A DNA stretch of 64,000 nt from Phaeosaccion multiseriatum (taxonomy: Eukaryota; Protista; Ochrophyta, other classes), in NCBI GenBank assembly GCA_965112735.1, contig OZ218951.1, positions 2,604,001-2,668,000 of the forward strand, written 5' to 3'. This document shows, in pieces, positions 29,643 through 40,200 of the stretch. A program made the translations under genes and the position numbers. How positions within the stretch are numbered: the first letter of the stretch is position 1; each line of letters opens with the position of its first letter. The notes under the pieces are model-generated. The model searched no databases and was not told the DNA's origin. It saw only the letters and a list, made by a program, of their open reading frames with translations.

Positions 29643-30080
29643 TCCCTCCCTCCCTTCCTTCCTCCCTCCCTCCCTCCCTCCCTCCCTCCCTCCCTCCCTC
29701 CCTCCCTCCCTCCCTCCCTCCCTCCCTCCCTCCCTCCCTCCCTCCCTCCCTCCCTCCCTCCCTCCCTCCCTCCCTCCCTCCCTCCCTCCCTCCCTCCCTC
29801 CCTCCCTCCCTCCCTCCCTCCCTCCCTCCCTCCCTCCCTCCCTCCCTCCCTCCCTCCCTCCCTCCCTTCCTCCCTCCCTCCCTCCCTCCCTCCCTCCCTC
29901 CCTCCCTCCGCCCCTCCCTTCCTCCTTCCTTCTATCCCTCCCTATCCGTCTATCCCACTGTCCCTCCCTCCCTCCCTCGCTCGCTCCCTCCCTCGCTCCC
30001 TCCCTCCCTCCCTCCCTCGCTCCCTCCCTCCCTCCGCCCCTCCCTCCGCCCCTCCCTCCATCCCTCCCTCCCTCCCTCTA
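29643..30080. repeat. (CCCT)n tract 1
   Basis: Seen directly. Confidence 0.95.
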
Positions 30081-30389
30081 TCCCGCTATTCCTCCCTGTG
30101 GAAAGTCGATTCGTAAGTCATGGCCCAGGCCCAGGCAGATACGGTGAGAACGAGTGGCGTGGCTCTCACTATCCTATGTGCGTAGGTGGTCGTTTAGGAC
30201 TAGCATGCGATAAGTTAATAGAGGCAAGACTGGCTGCTAGGCTGGCTTTGGGGTTGCTGTTACCTTGTCCGTGTGTCTAGTTCTATCCTATCTGTAGGCG
30301 ACAGCGCATGTCGTTTTACACTATCTGTAGGCGACGGCGCTGGTCGTTTTACATCCCTCCCTACCTCCTTCTATCCCTCTACCCCTTCC

Positions 30390-31038
30390 GCCCTCCCTTC
30401 CTCCCTCCCTCCCTCCCTCCCTCCCTCCCTCCCTCCCTCCCTCCCTCCCTCCCTCCCTCACTCCCTCCCTCCCTCCCTCCCTCCCTCCCTCCCTCCCTCC
30501 CTCCCTCCCTCCCTCCCTCCCTCCCTCCCTCCCTCCCTCCCTCCCTCCCTCCCTCCCTCCCTCCCTCCCTCCCTCCCTCCCTCCCTCCCTCCCTCCCTCC
30601 CTCCCTCCCTCCCTCCCTCCCTCCCTCCCTCCCTCCCTCCCTCCCTCCCTCCCTCCCTCCCTCCCTCCCTCCCTCCCTCCCTCCCTCCCTCCCTCCCTCC
30701 CTCCCTCCCTCCCTCCCTCCCTCCCTCCCTCCCTCCCTCCCTCCCTCCCTCCCTCCCTCCCTCCCTCCCTCCCTCCCTCCCTCCCTCCCTCCCTCCCTCC
30801 CTCCCTCCCTCCCTCCCTCCCTCCCTCCCTCCCTCCCTCCCTCCCTCCCTCCCTCCCTCCCTCCCTCCCTCCCTCCCTCCCTCCCTCCCTCCCTCCCTCC
30901 CTCCCTCCCTCCCTCCCTCCCTCCCTCCCTCCCTCCCTCCCTCCCTCCCGCCCTCCCTCCCTCCCTCCCTCCCTCCCTCCCTCCCTCCCTCCCTCCCTCC
31001 CTCCCTCCCTCCCTCCCTCCCTCCCTCCGTCCCTCCCT
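30390..31038. repeat. (CCCT)n tract 2 (~650 bp)
   Basis: Seen directly; it produces the spurious SLPP/GGRE ORFs. Confidence 0.95.
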
Positions 31039-31329
31039 TCGACCTGGACAAGGTTACGGTGTGCGCCGGCCGTAATCAGTAATCAGCCCCCGGCTGGCGC
31101 ATAATCAGTAATCAGGCCGGCTGGTCACCGGCTGCAATCAGCAACCAGGCCGGCTGGCGCCATAATCAGTAATCAGGCCGGCTGCGCCGGCCGTAATCTG
31201 TAATCAGATAGGTCGAGGCCTAGGCCTAGAACCGCCGGCCTAGGGCCTAAAGCATAGGCTTCTACGCCAGTCTGGGGCCGAGGCGGTGGCTGCGGCGGTG
31301 GCTGCGGCTGTGGCTGCAGAGCGTGAAGA

Positions 31330-33515
31330 GGGGGCGAGGGCGATGGCGGTGCAGAGGCAGCTTGTGGACACGCTTCAGACCACAATGACACGCTAAGTGG
31401 GCAGATCATGAAGCTGCACACAGATCTGGCGGACAAGTGAGTTAGGCGAGGGAAGGAGGGCAAGTAGAGTCCTTCCTTGTCACGTTTTTCTCCTCGGTTG
31501 GCTTACTGTGTTGACTTGCGTTGTTTGTCGATACCCCGTCCCTCCTTGCCACAGTTCGTCTGTCTCACCCTCTCTTCTCTCTCTCCCTTCCTCTCCCTTT
31601 CCCTTCCCCTTTGCCCCTCTTCCTCTCCTCTCCTCCCTCCCTCTCTCCCTGTCCCTCCCTTCCTCCCTCCTTTCCTCCTGCTGTCCTCTCCAGAGAGGCG
31701 GAGATCCGTACGGAAGTGGCCGCGGAGATGGCAGAGCTCATGGTAGAGATGGAGCAGGAGGTACGTAATGTTACGTCTGTATGCGAATGTGTGTGTATGT
31801 GAGTATGTCTATGTGTGTGCTTGTTTGTTCTCGTGAGCGTGCTTTGTGTTGGCTGGCTGCTGCGGCGTCCAGGCCAGTCCACGGGAAATTCCGATGAATT
31901 TCCTCATGCAAGCACTGACCACACTCTCCCTCCCTCTCCCTCCCTCCCTCCCCCCCCCACCTCCCTCGCTCCCTCCTTTCCACTCTCCTTATACTGCCAT
32001 CTGCCACACTAAAACAGGTGTCCAAGGCGAAAGTGTCTGTGTCCACACGGCCCACTCCTTCCAAGAAGTCAGCCCAATAGAAGGGAGTGGAGGACCAACT
32101 CGAGAACTCGGACGAGGAATTGAACAGGTAGGTGGGCAAAGGGGAGAGGGTGGGGGAGAGAGAGAGGGAGAGGGAGGAGGGAGGGATGGCCCATCACTTC
32201 CTCTTCACCCCCTTCTCCTTCTCTACCCTCCTTCCCTCCTGATAACTCTATCCTTCCGTACCACAGAGTCAATCAGGAGCTTCTGGAGAGCCGAGAGGCC
32301 GCCACAGACATGAGCGCTCGACTCGAGAGCAGCCAGAGGATGTTGCTTGGCGAGCAGCGAACGACGGAGGGTGGAGCTACAGGAGAGGGTGGTATTACTC
32401 GAGAGCGAAGTACGAGGCTTGAGGAAGGTGGCGCAGGACGAGGCGGTGGCAGAGGAGGAGAGGGGGGGGGAGAAGGAGGAACAGGGGGTGAGGGAGGGGG
32501 AGGGGGAGGGGAAGGGTTCGCTTGGAGGAGAGGGAGGTGTACGAGTGGGGGAGGAGGAGGAGCAGGAGTTGGAGGAGGGGATCAGCAGCACGAAGGCGAG
32601 GAGGAGGAAGAGCAGGGTCGTGACGAGGACGAGGACGAGGAGTAGGAGGAGGAGGAGCAACAGCAGCAGCAAGATGGAGGGCTGGAAGGGGCCGGTTGCG
32701 AGGGGAAGCCCCACAAGAGGAAGAGGGAGCACGGGGAGGAGAAGGAGGAAGCGCAGCAGTTGGTGATACAGCAGGAGGAGGACGATACGCCTCTACGACG
32801 CCGTTCCAGGGCTGACACCATCGACTCTGCTGCTTATCAGCATCAGCCGGTGGACAACGAGGGGGGGCGGGAGGAGGTACAGCAGCCAGCAGCCAGAGCA
32901 ACCATCAGAGGAGCAGGAGGAGGAGGAGGAAGAGAGGGAGTATGAGAAGGGCGACTCTGTGGTCTTGCTGAACGCATTCCCAGGGGGGGCGGCTCCTCCA
33001 CAAGGGGAGAGCATCTCAGACTCCTCCCTCTCCTCCGATGTCGAGGACGAGCTTGCAGCAGAGAGGCCGCAGCCTGCCACCAAGGAGGAGGAGACGAAGG
33101 AGGAAAGTAAGGTTTCTGAGGACCTCGTGAAGGGTAAGCAGCCTGTGCTTGCTGCCGACTTGCGCAGTGTGGAGCTGCGGCAGCTATGTAAGAAGAACGG
33201 ACTCTCCCAGGGGGGCACCAAGAAGGAGCTCCGAAGGCGGCTGGAAGCTCACTTATGGCGGGGGAGGGGAGGGAAGGCCATGAGTGGGAGGAGGAGGAGG
33301 AGAAGGAAGATGAGAAGGAGGAGGACGAGAGGAGTATGGACGCCAGCATGGGCGCCAGCAGCGGCAGCAGGAGGGGCGCCAGGAGCAGCAGAAGCAGGGG
33401 GAGAAGGGACGAGTCAAGCAGGGAGGGATCGACTTTACAAGTAGAAGTAAGGATATCTCGACTTTTCGACTCGAGGTTTGTCACCAATTTTTTGTTGTAT
33501 TTTCGCCCGGCGTGA
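31330..33515 (+). pseudogene. 5'-truncated, disabled remnant of a coiled-coil plus SAP-motif protein (tail resembles kinesin-6 class)
   Basis: Spliced exons ~31351-31437, 31694-31760 (EAEIRTEVAAEMAELMVEMEQE), 32018-32127 and 32267 onward. In-frame TAG at 32078-32080 and 32643-32645; frameshifts near 32347 and 32580. SAP-like DLRSVELRQLCKKNGLSQGGTKKELRRRLEAHL at ~33157-33255. No motor domain upstream. The kinesin-6 resemblance is from memory only. Confidence 0.6.
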
Positions 33516-34521
33516 GGCGGAGCAGTGAAGGAGGAGCAGCAAAGCAGGAGCAGGAGCAGCACAGGAGCAGCACAGCGCAGTGGCAACAGGGGTGTGAAAT
33601 GTATAGGCCGCTCATATGCCTCCAGCATTCGATCAGGCAGCCACCCCTGCGAGTAGGCGGTGCATTTTGTGCTTCTTGTTAGCCTCCGAGCCAGGGCAGT
33701 GACGACCCTTCCCGTAACAGCTCTCAGTAGCCACCTAGTGGCCTACCGCTCACTCCAAGTTCTCTGAGATGTGCGCACGGACTGATCAAGTGGAGCGTGT
33801 GTATTTTTTTTAATTTTAAATAGACGTTGCTTATCTTTATCACTCTTGCCTCCTACACGGCCTTGTCCCTTCCCTTTCCCCCCTACACGGCCTCATCCCT
33901 TTGCCCCCCTACGCGGCCTCGTCACTGAACGCCCCTCCCACTGTCCCGAATTTGACAGAAATGGACCTCCTCGATAACCAATGTCGATGTCCTGCCCATA
34001 CACTTACATTCTCCCAGCGCCGTGAGCCGGCGCAGTACTCAAATCACCCCCTGCTGTGCCCCCACCTCCACTTCCACCCCTTCCTCCGCCCCCGGAAGGG
34101 GTCTTCCCTCTGCTAGCGGCACCACTCTCTCCTCCACTTGCCCCCCCCCCCACCCCGCCTCCCTCCTCCCCCCCCCTGACGTGCTTGTGCTCCCTCTTCC
34201 ACCACGCCTCCCTTTGCTACCCCCATTGGCTGGTGTGCTCCCTCCTCCACCGCGATTCGCTTCCCCCCCTCCCCCCCTGCATTGCCTCCCTCCGCGTCCA
34301 GTGCCATCTCTACCTGCTGTGCTCCTTTCTGCACCTCGTACTTGGCCTCTCGCTGCGTGCTCCACACGCTGCCTGCATCATGTAAGCCGCATCCCCCTTG
34401 TCCTCTCTGGCCCCTCCTTTACCACGACTCTTCGGCCTCCCTCTCTCCCTTCCTCGCTCCTTCCTCCTCCCTCCTCCCTGTCCTTCCCCTCCGCTCCTCC
34501 TCCCCTCGCCTCCCCCTCCCC

Positions 34522-34701
34522 CTAGGGCATCCCGTCCGTGAGCAGCAGCGTCACCAGCACATGTACCACCGGGCTTGCAGTGATGTCAAGACCCGGGCAC
34601 TCCATCTTGTCGAACAACAATTGGTCCACGCGCTCACGGAGCTCGTTCACAAGCACGGAGATGCGCGCCATGGCGGAGAAGCGGATCCACCCATCGATCA
34701 T
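34522..34701 (-). pseudogene. Orphan C-terminal fragment of a DEAH-box RNA helicase (DHX29/DHX36/DHX57-like)
   Basis: IDGWIRFSAMARISVLVNELRERVDQLLFDKMECPGLDITASPVVHVLVTLLLTDGMP* resembles the extreme C-terminus of this helicase group. The rest of the gene is absent: the PKS-NRPS stop codon lies ~75 bp upstream. Confidence 0.65.
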
Positions 34702-34776
34702 GGGTCCGGGACCAGCCAGCCAAGTATACATCATCGCCCTATTCTTCAATCGGTCGCCCGTATCGTACTAGAGGGA

Positions 34777-37230
34777 TCAAACTGCATCGAATCTATCGGC
34801 ATTCTTGGTCTCCTCAGGCTGATGCACACTCTGCCACTGGAAAGATACTACTCCTCGGCGAGGGCTGTTTCCCTCTCGAACCACATGTCTCCTCGACCCC
34901 ACTCTGCCCTTGTTGCGAAGGGTTCGCTCTTCTGCCGGGGCTCCGCCGCTGTCCAGCTCCGTTCCGTGACGCGGCGCAGCGAGCGCTCGGGAGGACAAGA
35001 CGTGCTTTCTCAGCGGTATGCCCACCCACGCCACGTCTCCACGCTTTGAATTGGTGACACTTTCACCTCTCATGGCCATGCTCAGGTCACCAACGTTAGC
35101 TCCTGCTTCAACGCGGCATCCAGGCTGCAAGTGAGCCCTTGCTCCGAGCCACGCGTTCTCCTTGACTTGCACAGTCTTGAAGACGAACCCTCCCGTGCCT
35201 TCGATGGTGTGCGCGAAGATTGAAGAGTCTTGCAACACCACCGCTTCGTCTCCAATGACGAGAAGATGCGCATCATAAGCGAGCCTGAGCCATAAAGATG
35301 TGTCCTTGCCAACACTTGCCCCCAGCAGCCGCAGCCACGCCGCGTACACCGGCCCGCCCGCGAAGTACCTGATGCAGAGAGCCTCAATGAAGGCAGGGCC
35401 CATGCTGCCCAAGTCGTATATATCCCGCGAAAGCGAATCGAGCGCTACGGGAGGCTGCCCCTCTTTGGCAGGCAAGGATGTGCCCAGAACTCGATGGAGA
35501 AGAATAACTGAGCAAGCGCCCGCCAAGGCCATGAGAACTTGAAAGACGAAGCTCCCCAACACAAGAAAGAACACTCCAGTATGGCTCTCGCTCAGAGTAT
35601 CCCTCGCCACCACTTCTGGAAGGACGAAGGGACAGAAGGCGGCAGCACCATGCACATGGCCATTGCGCAGCAGCAGGTCAGATACCGACGCGCTGATCAA
35701 CACCCCCGGACACCACGCGCCGAGGAGCAGCACCACAGTCGCAAGCCCACACAGCGCATTGTGCATCCTCGACGGAACAGGAAGACTGGCTGCTGCATCG
35801 ACGCCATCCTTCTCAGCAGCAGCACTCACTGGGTTCGGCACCACAAACGGCCGAGGGGCGCCCACTACAGAAGAGTTGCACGGTACGTCGTCGTCTCCAC
35901 TCACAACGGTGCGATCTGCGACCGTGCTTCCGTCCCCAATGCAAGCTCCGCCTAGGAGAAGAGCTTCGTTCGCAACAATGCTGAAGCGGCCGATTGTGAT
36001 GCTTTGCGTATCCTCGTCTCCACGACCACCCGCATCAGCGAAAAGGTGCACAGAGCCCGCGAGCTGGGAGTTTTCCCCTATCCTGAGCTTCTCCCATATC
36101 GTAGTGATAGGAAGGGTAGAAAGTGCGCACCCCCGCTCCAGCCTGGCGCCCATGGCGGAAGCAAAAGCACGGTTGAGCCCACATCTTGCCACAAGAAGGA
36201 AGCCAGCCTTGAAGAGAGGACTCTCCTGAAGAACTCCGAGTGACAGCCGTGTGGTGGCGCTGGGGCCGAGCAGCAAGAATACACGCTGGATCGATAGCAC
36301 TGCCACCATGTACAGCATGCTTCCGATCAGCAGCAGCACGGGGAACGCCAATGTACGAGCGAAGATGGGGACACTCTCCCCCGCGCCGTCGTCATCACCC
36401 CCACCGGCAAGCACAAGTATCCAGAGGGGCAGCAGGTACGACCCCAAGTTGGTCACTGAAAGCAGGGCCAAGGCAAAAAGCTCTTTTCCTGCCCGCCGCA
36501 GCTCCTGCTCGCGTTCGACCTCTGCCAGCGGGCCAGAAAGTAGCGAATGGCCGAGCGACGCGTACGGACCGAGCTCCATCCCCTCGCCGATGACCAAGTC
36601 CTTTAGCTCCTCATCCAGGCCCTCCTCCCCCTCCTGCGTCTGCCCCCCCTCCCAGGGAGACGGACACACGTTGGACAGTATGCCCACCTTTGCTCCCTTC
36701 CCGATCCTCACGCGATGGACATGGAGCATGCCATTCCGAGTAATGACAGACGGGCGAATGACGGCTCCGTACTCGATCACGGCCCCTTCTCCAATCTCGA
36801 TCAAGTCATGCTCGTGCAGCAGCCAGCTCTCTAAGCGCGCGCTTCCACTGATTCGTGCCCCCAGCAGGCGGTTCCACACCCGCAAGGCGAAGGTACCACG
36901 GAGAACAGAAATCAGCGGTGCGGCAAGTTTCAGCACATTCTGCACAGCATACCACCGCCAGTAGTACGAGCTCCTCACGGACCATCGCCCCGGTCGCATG
37001 CGGCCAAGCACAGTCCACTTCACCACTGCAATCAGGGCAAGGACCCAGCTTAGTGACACGACGACGAGGAGTGGTAGCCAAGAAAGAATCGTCGTGTTGC
37101 CGCGCCCTGCTCTACGTAGCAAGTACACGCCAACGAAGCTGGGAGAAAACCCGCAGCTGAGCACAGCAACAACGAGCAGCCAACTCAGAACCTGCAGCAC
37201 CACTTGCTTGCCAGTGCTGAGCCTCCGGTG
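34777..37230 (-). other. Membrane-embedded terminal domain: three repeats of (TM pair + RxLGAx[IV]G hexapeptide beta-helix); Pls / TIGR02353-type
   Basis: [38 protein letters not shown]...[21 protein letters not shown]...LRIGENSQL...[21 protein letters not shown]...[10 protein letters not shown]...FAHTIE...WVGIP, separated by hydrophobic helices. Confidence 0.85.
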
Positions 37231-40200
37231 CGCTTTCGTCGCTTCCCCTTCTTCACCGACTGACTCGAAATCGCGCTCCTCGTCCTTCACTCGGGCTTCG
37301 CTTGCTGCCGACGACTCTTGTCCGCTGTCTCCTCTACCTCCGCCCTCCTCCGCGGCACCAAGCACTGAAAGTGCCACAGCGGTTCGGTTCTGGAAGATCT
37401 GCATTACTGTCAGAGCCTGCAGGAGTCACACAGACACAACAGGGTCAGCAACAAGGGCGAGACACAACACGACGAAAGCTTTGTGCTCAAAGTCACTCAC
37501 CTCGAAGCCGGGAACCTCTGCCCGGATACGCGAAACCGCCTGAGCCGCACTCAACGATGTTCCCCCCTCTGCGAACAAGTCGTCATTGGCCTGCAAGTGA
37601 GGCTGCTCCGTGGCCTGCCTCAGGATGCCCAGCACTTGGCGGGCAGTGTCGCCTAACGCCTCATCACCATCGGACGCCTTTACAGCGGTTTTGTTTCCCT
37701 TCGCTTCCGCCTTGATCATCCTCAGCACCTCTTTCACGTCTCTCTTCCCACTGCTCGTCATCGGTAGAGCATCCACGGCCACAGCCGTGCTCGGCACCAT
37801 GTATGACGGTAGCAGCCTGCTCACTCCTTGCAGCACCATCTCAACTTCGGCACTAGAAGGTGTCAGAGCCGCCACAACCGTCTCGCGCTCTCTGTCCACG
37901 GCTGCCACAGCGCTCCTCACACCCTCTTGATGGAGCAGCGCAGCCTCCACCTCGCCCAGCTCAATGCGATAGCCGCGCACCTTCACTTGAGAGTCTCGGC
38001 GACCGCTAAACACCAGCGATCCGTCTGCCAGCTGCCGCACCAAGTCACCCTGTCAGAACGTGTTCAGTTTGAGACGCGTCAGATCAGAACACTACAGCAT
38101 AGGCAGCAGAGAAACCTACCTCCACCCCACCCTGCGCTCTGCTTGTCACTGCAAGACATGCCAAAAGCAAGCCAAATGTACACACAACACACGCACACAC
38201 ACAAAGCCGCATACCCATGGGCAACCTTTTCGACTTACCGTACGATACACCCTGCGCTGGTCCGCCAGGAAGGGCGCGGGGATGAAGGCCTTCGACGTGA
38301 GCTCTGGGCGATTCAAGTATCCACGCGCCAGCTGTCTCCCCCCAATGCACAGCTCGCCCTCCACGCCCTGAGGCACCAGCTGCAGACGCTTGTCCACCAC
38401 ATACACTTGCACGCCGGCTCGAGGCTTGCCGATGACGGACGCACTCGACAGAGCCCTAGAGGAGTACTCATGTGCGATCACGGCAATAGTTGCCTCGGTT
38501 GGGCCGTAGCTATTGACAAGGCGCACACGGTGCCTCCACATGTCCACTTGGTCTTGCTTTATCGGTTCCCCACCCAAAGCGATCGACCGTAGGGTGGCCT
38601 CCTGCGCCCCTGTGGCGATGTCGTGCGGCCGAAGCAGCGACAGCAGTGAAGGGGTGCAATCAATGTCCGTCACCTTCAAAGATCGTATCAGCTCCGGCAG
38701 GTCATTCAGCATGGAGCCCTTCTCTGCCAAGCACAGCGTCGCCCCACACGACAACGTCCCGAACAGCAGCTCCACAGACGCATCAAATGTCAGAGCAGCA
38801 CTCAGGAGCACACGAGAAGATGCCGTTATCGTCAGTTCGAATTCGTAGAGCGTCGCCAGGAAGTTGGCCGTGCTTCTGTGCTCAATCATCACGCCCTTTG
38901 GCCGGCCGGTACTACCGGATGTGTAGATCACGTACGCCATGCTCTCGCCCACCGCGTGGCACACAGGCTCCGCGGTACCCTCCACTTGCATCACAGCCAC
39001 CACGTCCACACAGCTCGCGTCTCCGACACGCCGCGCTAAGCTGGCATCGGCGGATGCCAGCACCTCAGACTCGCCTGCTGCCTTTGCCGTCGTCAGAACG
39101 ACGCTCAGCCCGGCATCCTGTGCGATCATCGACAGCCTATCGTCGGGATGCTCGGGATCCAGGGGCACGTACGCCGCCCCGGCCTTGAGCACGCCCAGCA
39201 CTGCCACAACCGCCTCCACGCAGTCCCCAGCAATCAGCACCCCCACCAGGCACTCCGGCCCCACGCCCCTCCCCTGCAGCATGCATGCCACCGCATTCGC
39301 ATGCCCATTGAGCTCCCCGTAGCTCATCACCCGACCCGTCTCATACTCGTGCAGGGCTTCCTGCTCCGGACTGCGAGAGGCCACCTCTTCGAAAGCCGCG
39401 TGCAGGAGGGGTGGCGGTGGCGATGCTTCCTCTGCACCTCCCTGCTCGTCTCCATTGGCATCCCCCGCCACCAGTGCAGCGCCGCTCAACGTCTCCACCA
39501 CCTTCACACGGTCTTCGTGGGCCAAGAGATTCAGCTTCCACACGCTCTCGCCCGGCCTGCCCACTGCACTCTCCAGCAGCGCCAGGAAGCTCCGCGCCAG
39601 GGTCTCCACTGTGGCCTGGTCGAAGACCGCCGTATCGTAGCACAGGCTGCCGTGCATGTCCGACGCACTGTCCGTGCTGCGCACAAGGCTTAGCTCGATG
39701 TCAGTCTGGCTAAGATTAATGGCCTGCTGCTGTCCAGCCTCCTCCGTCATGATCTTGTGGAGTGCTCCAGCTGACAGCTGGGCCTCCTCCTCCACGGCGC
39801 TGGCATTTCCCTCCTGCAGTACAAAGAAGGCCTGCAGTGCCTTGCCACCACTCTTTCTGCCCAGCTGGGCCCGCTCCACCACCTTGTGGAACGGTGCCTC
39901 GGCATGCTTCATGGCACCCAGATACGCGACCTGTACGCGAAGCAGCACCTCCCCAAAGCTGGGGCTTCCTCCCAGGCCCAGACGGAACGCGAGGGTATTG
40001 ACGAAGCATCCCAGCACTCCTTCCAAGCCTTGCGCCACGTCTCTTCCGAAGTGCGCAGTGCCCACCACCACATCCTCCGCTCCGCACACACGAGCCAGCA
40101 GCACTTGGAACGCGCCCATGAGCCCCACAAACAGCGTGACGGAGCTGCTCGAGCATAGGTTGCTCAGCTTCACTATCAGCGAAGCCGGCAGAACAACAGC

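Larger units (their letters stand above)
29364..31281. mobile_element. Non-autonomous TIR element (~1.9 kb) with candidate 6-bp TSD
   Basis: 29364-29390 tcggccccagactggcctagaagccta versus the reverse complement of 31255-31281 tcggccccagactggcgtagaagccta (26/27 identical). GGCGGT flanks both ends (29358-29363, 31282-31287). Internal ~160-bp direct repeats and two (CCCT)n tracts; no transposase ORF. Confidence 0.7.

Noticed and set aside
30273-31082. ORFs of 197-269 aa made of SLPP or GGRE repeats
   Set aside because: They are translations of the (CCCT)n microsatellite, which has no stop codons.
29467-31216. CRISPR array or LTR retrotransposon suggested by the TAATCAG repeats and ~160-bp direct repeats
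   Set aside because: No regular unique spacers or cas genes; no TG...CA ends, PBS or gag/pol remnants were recognisable.
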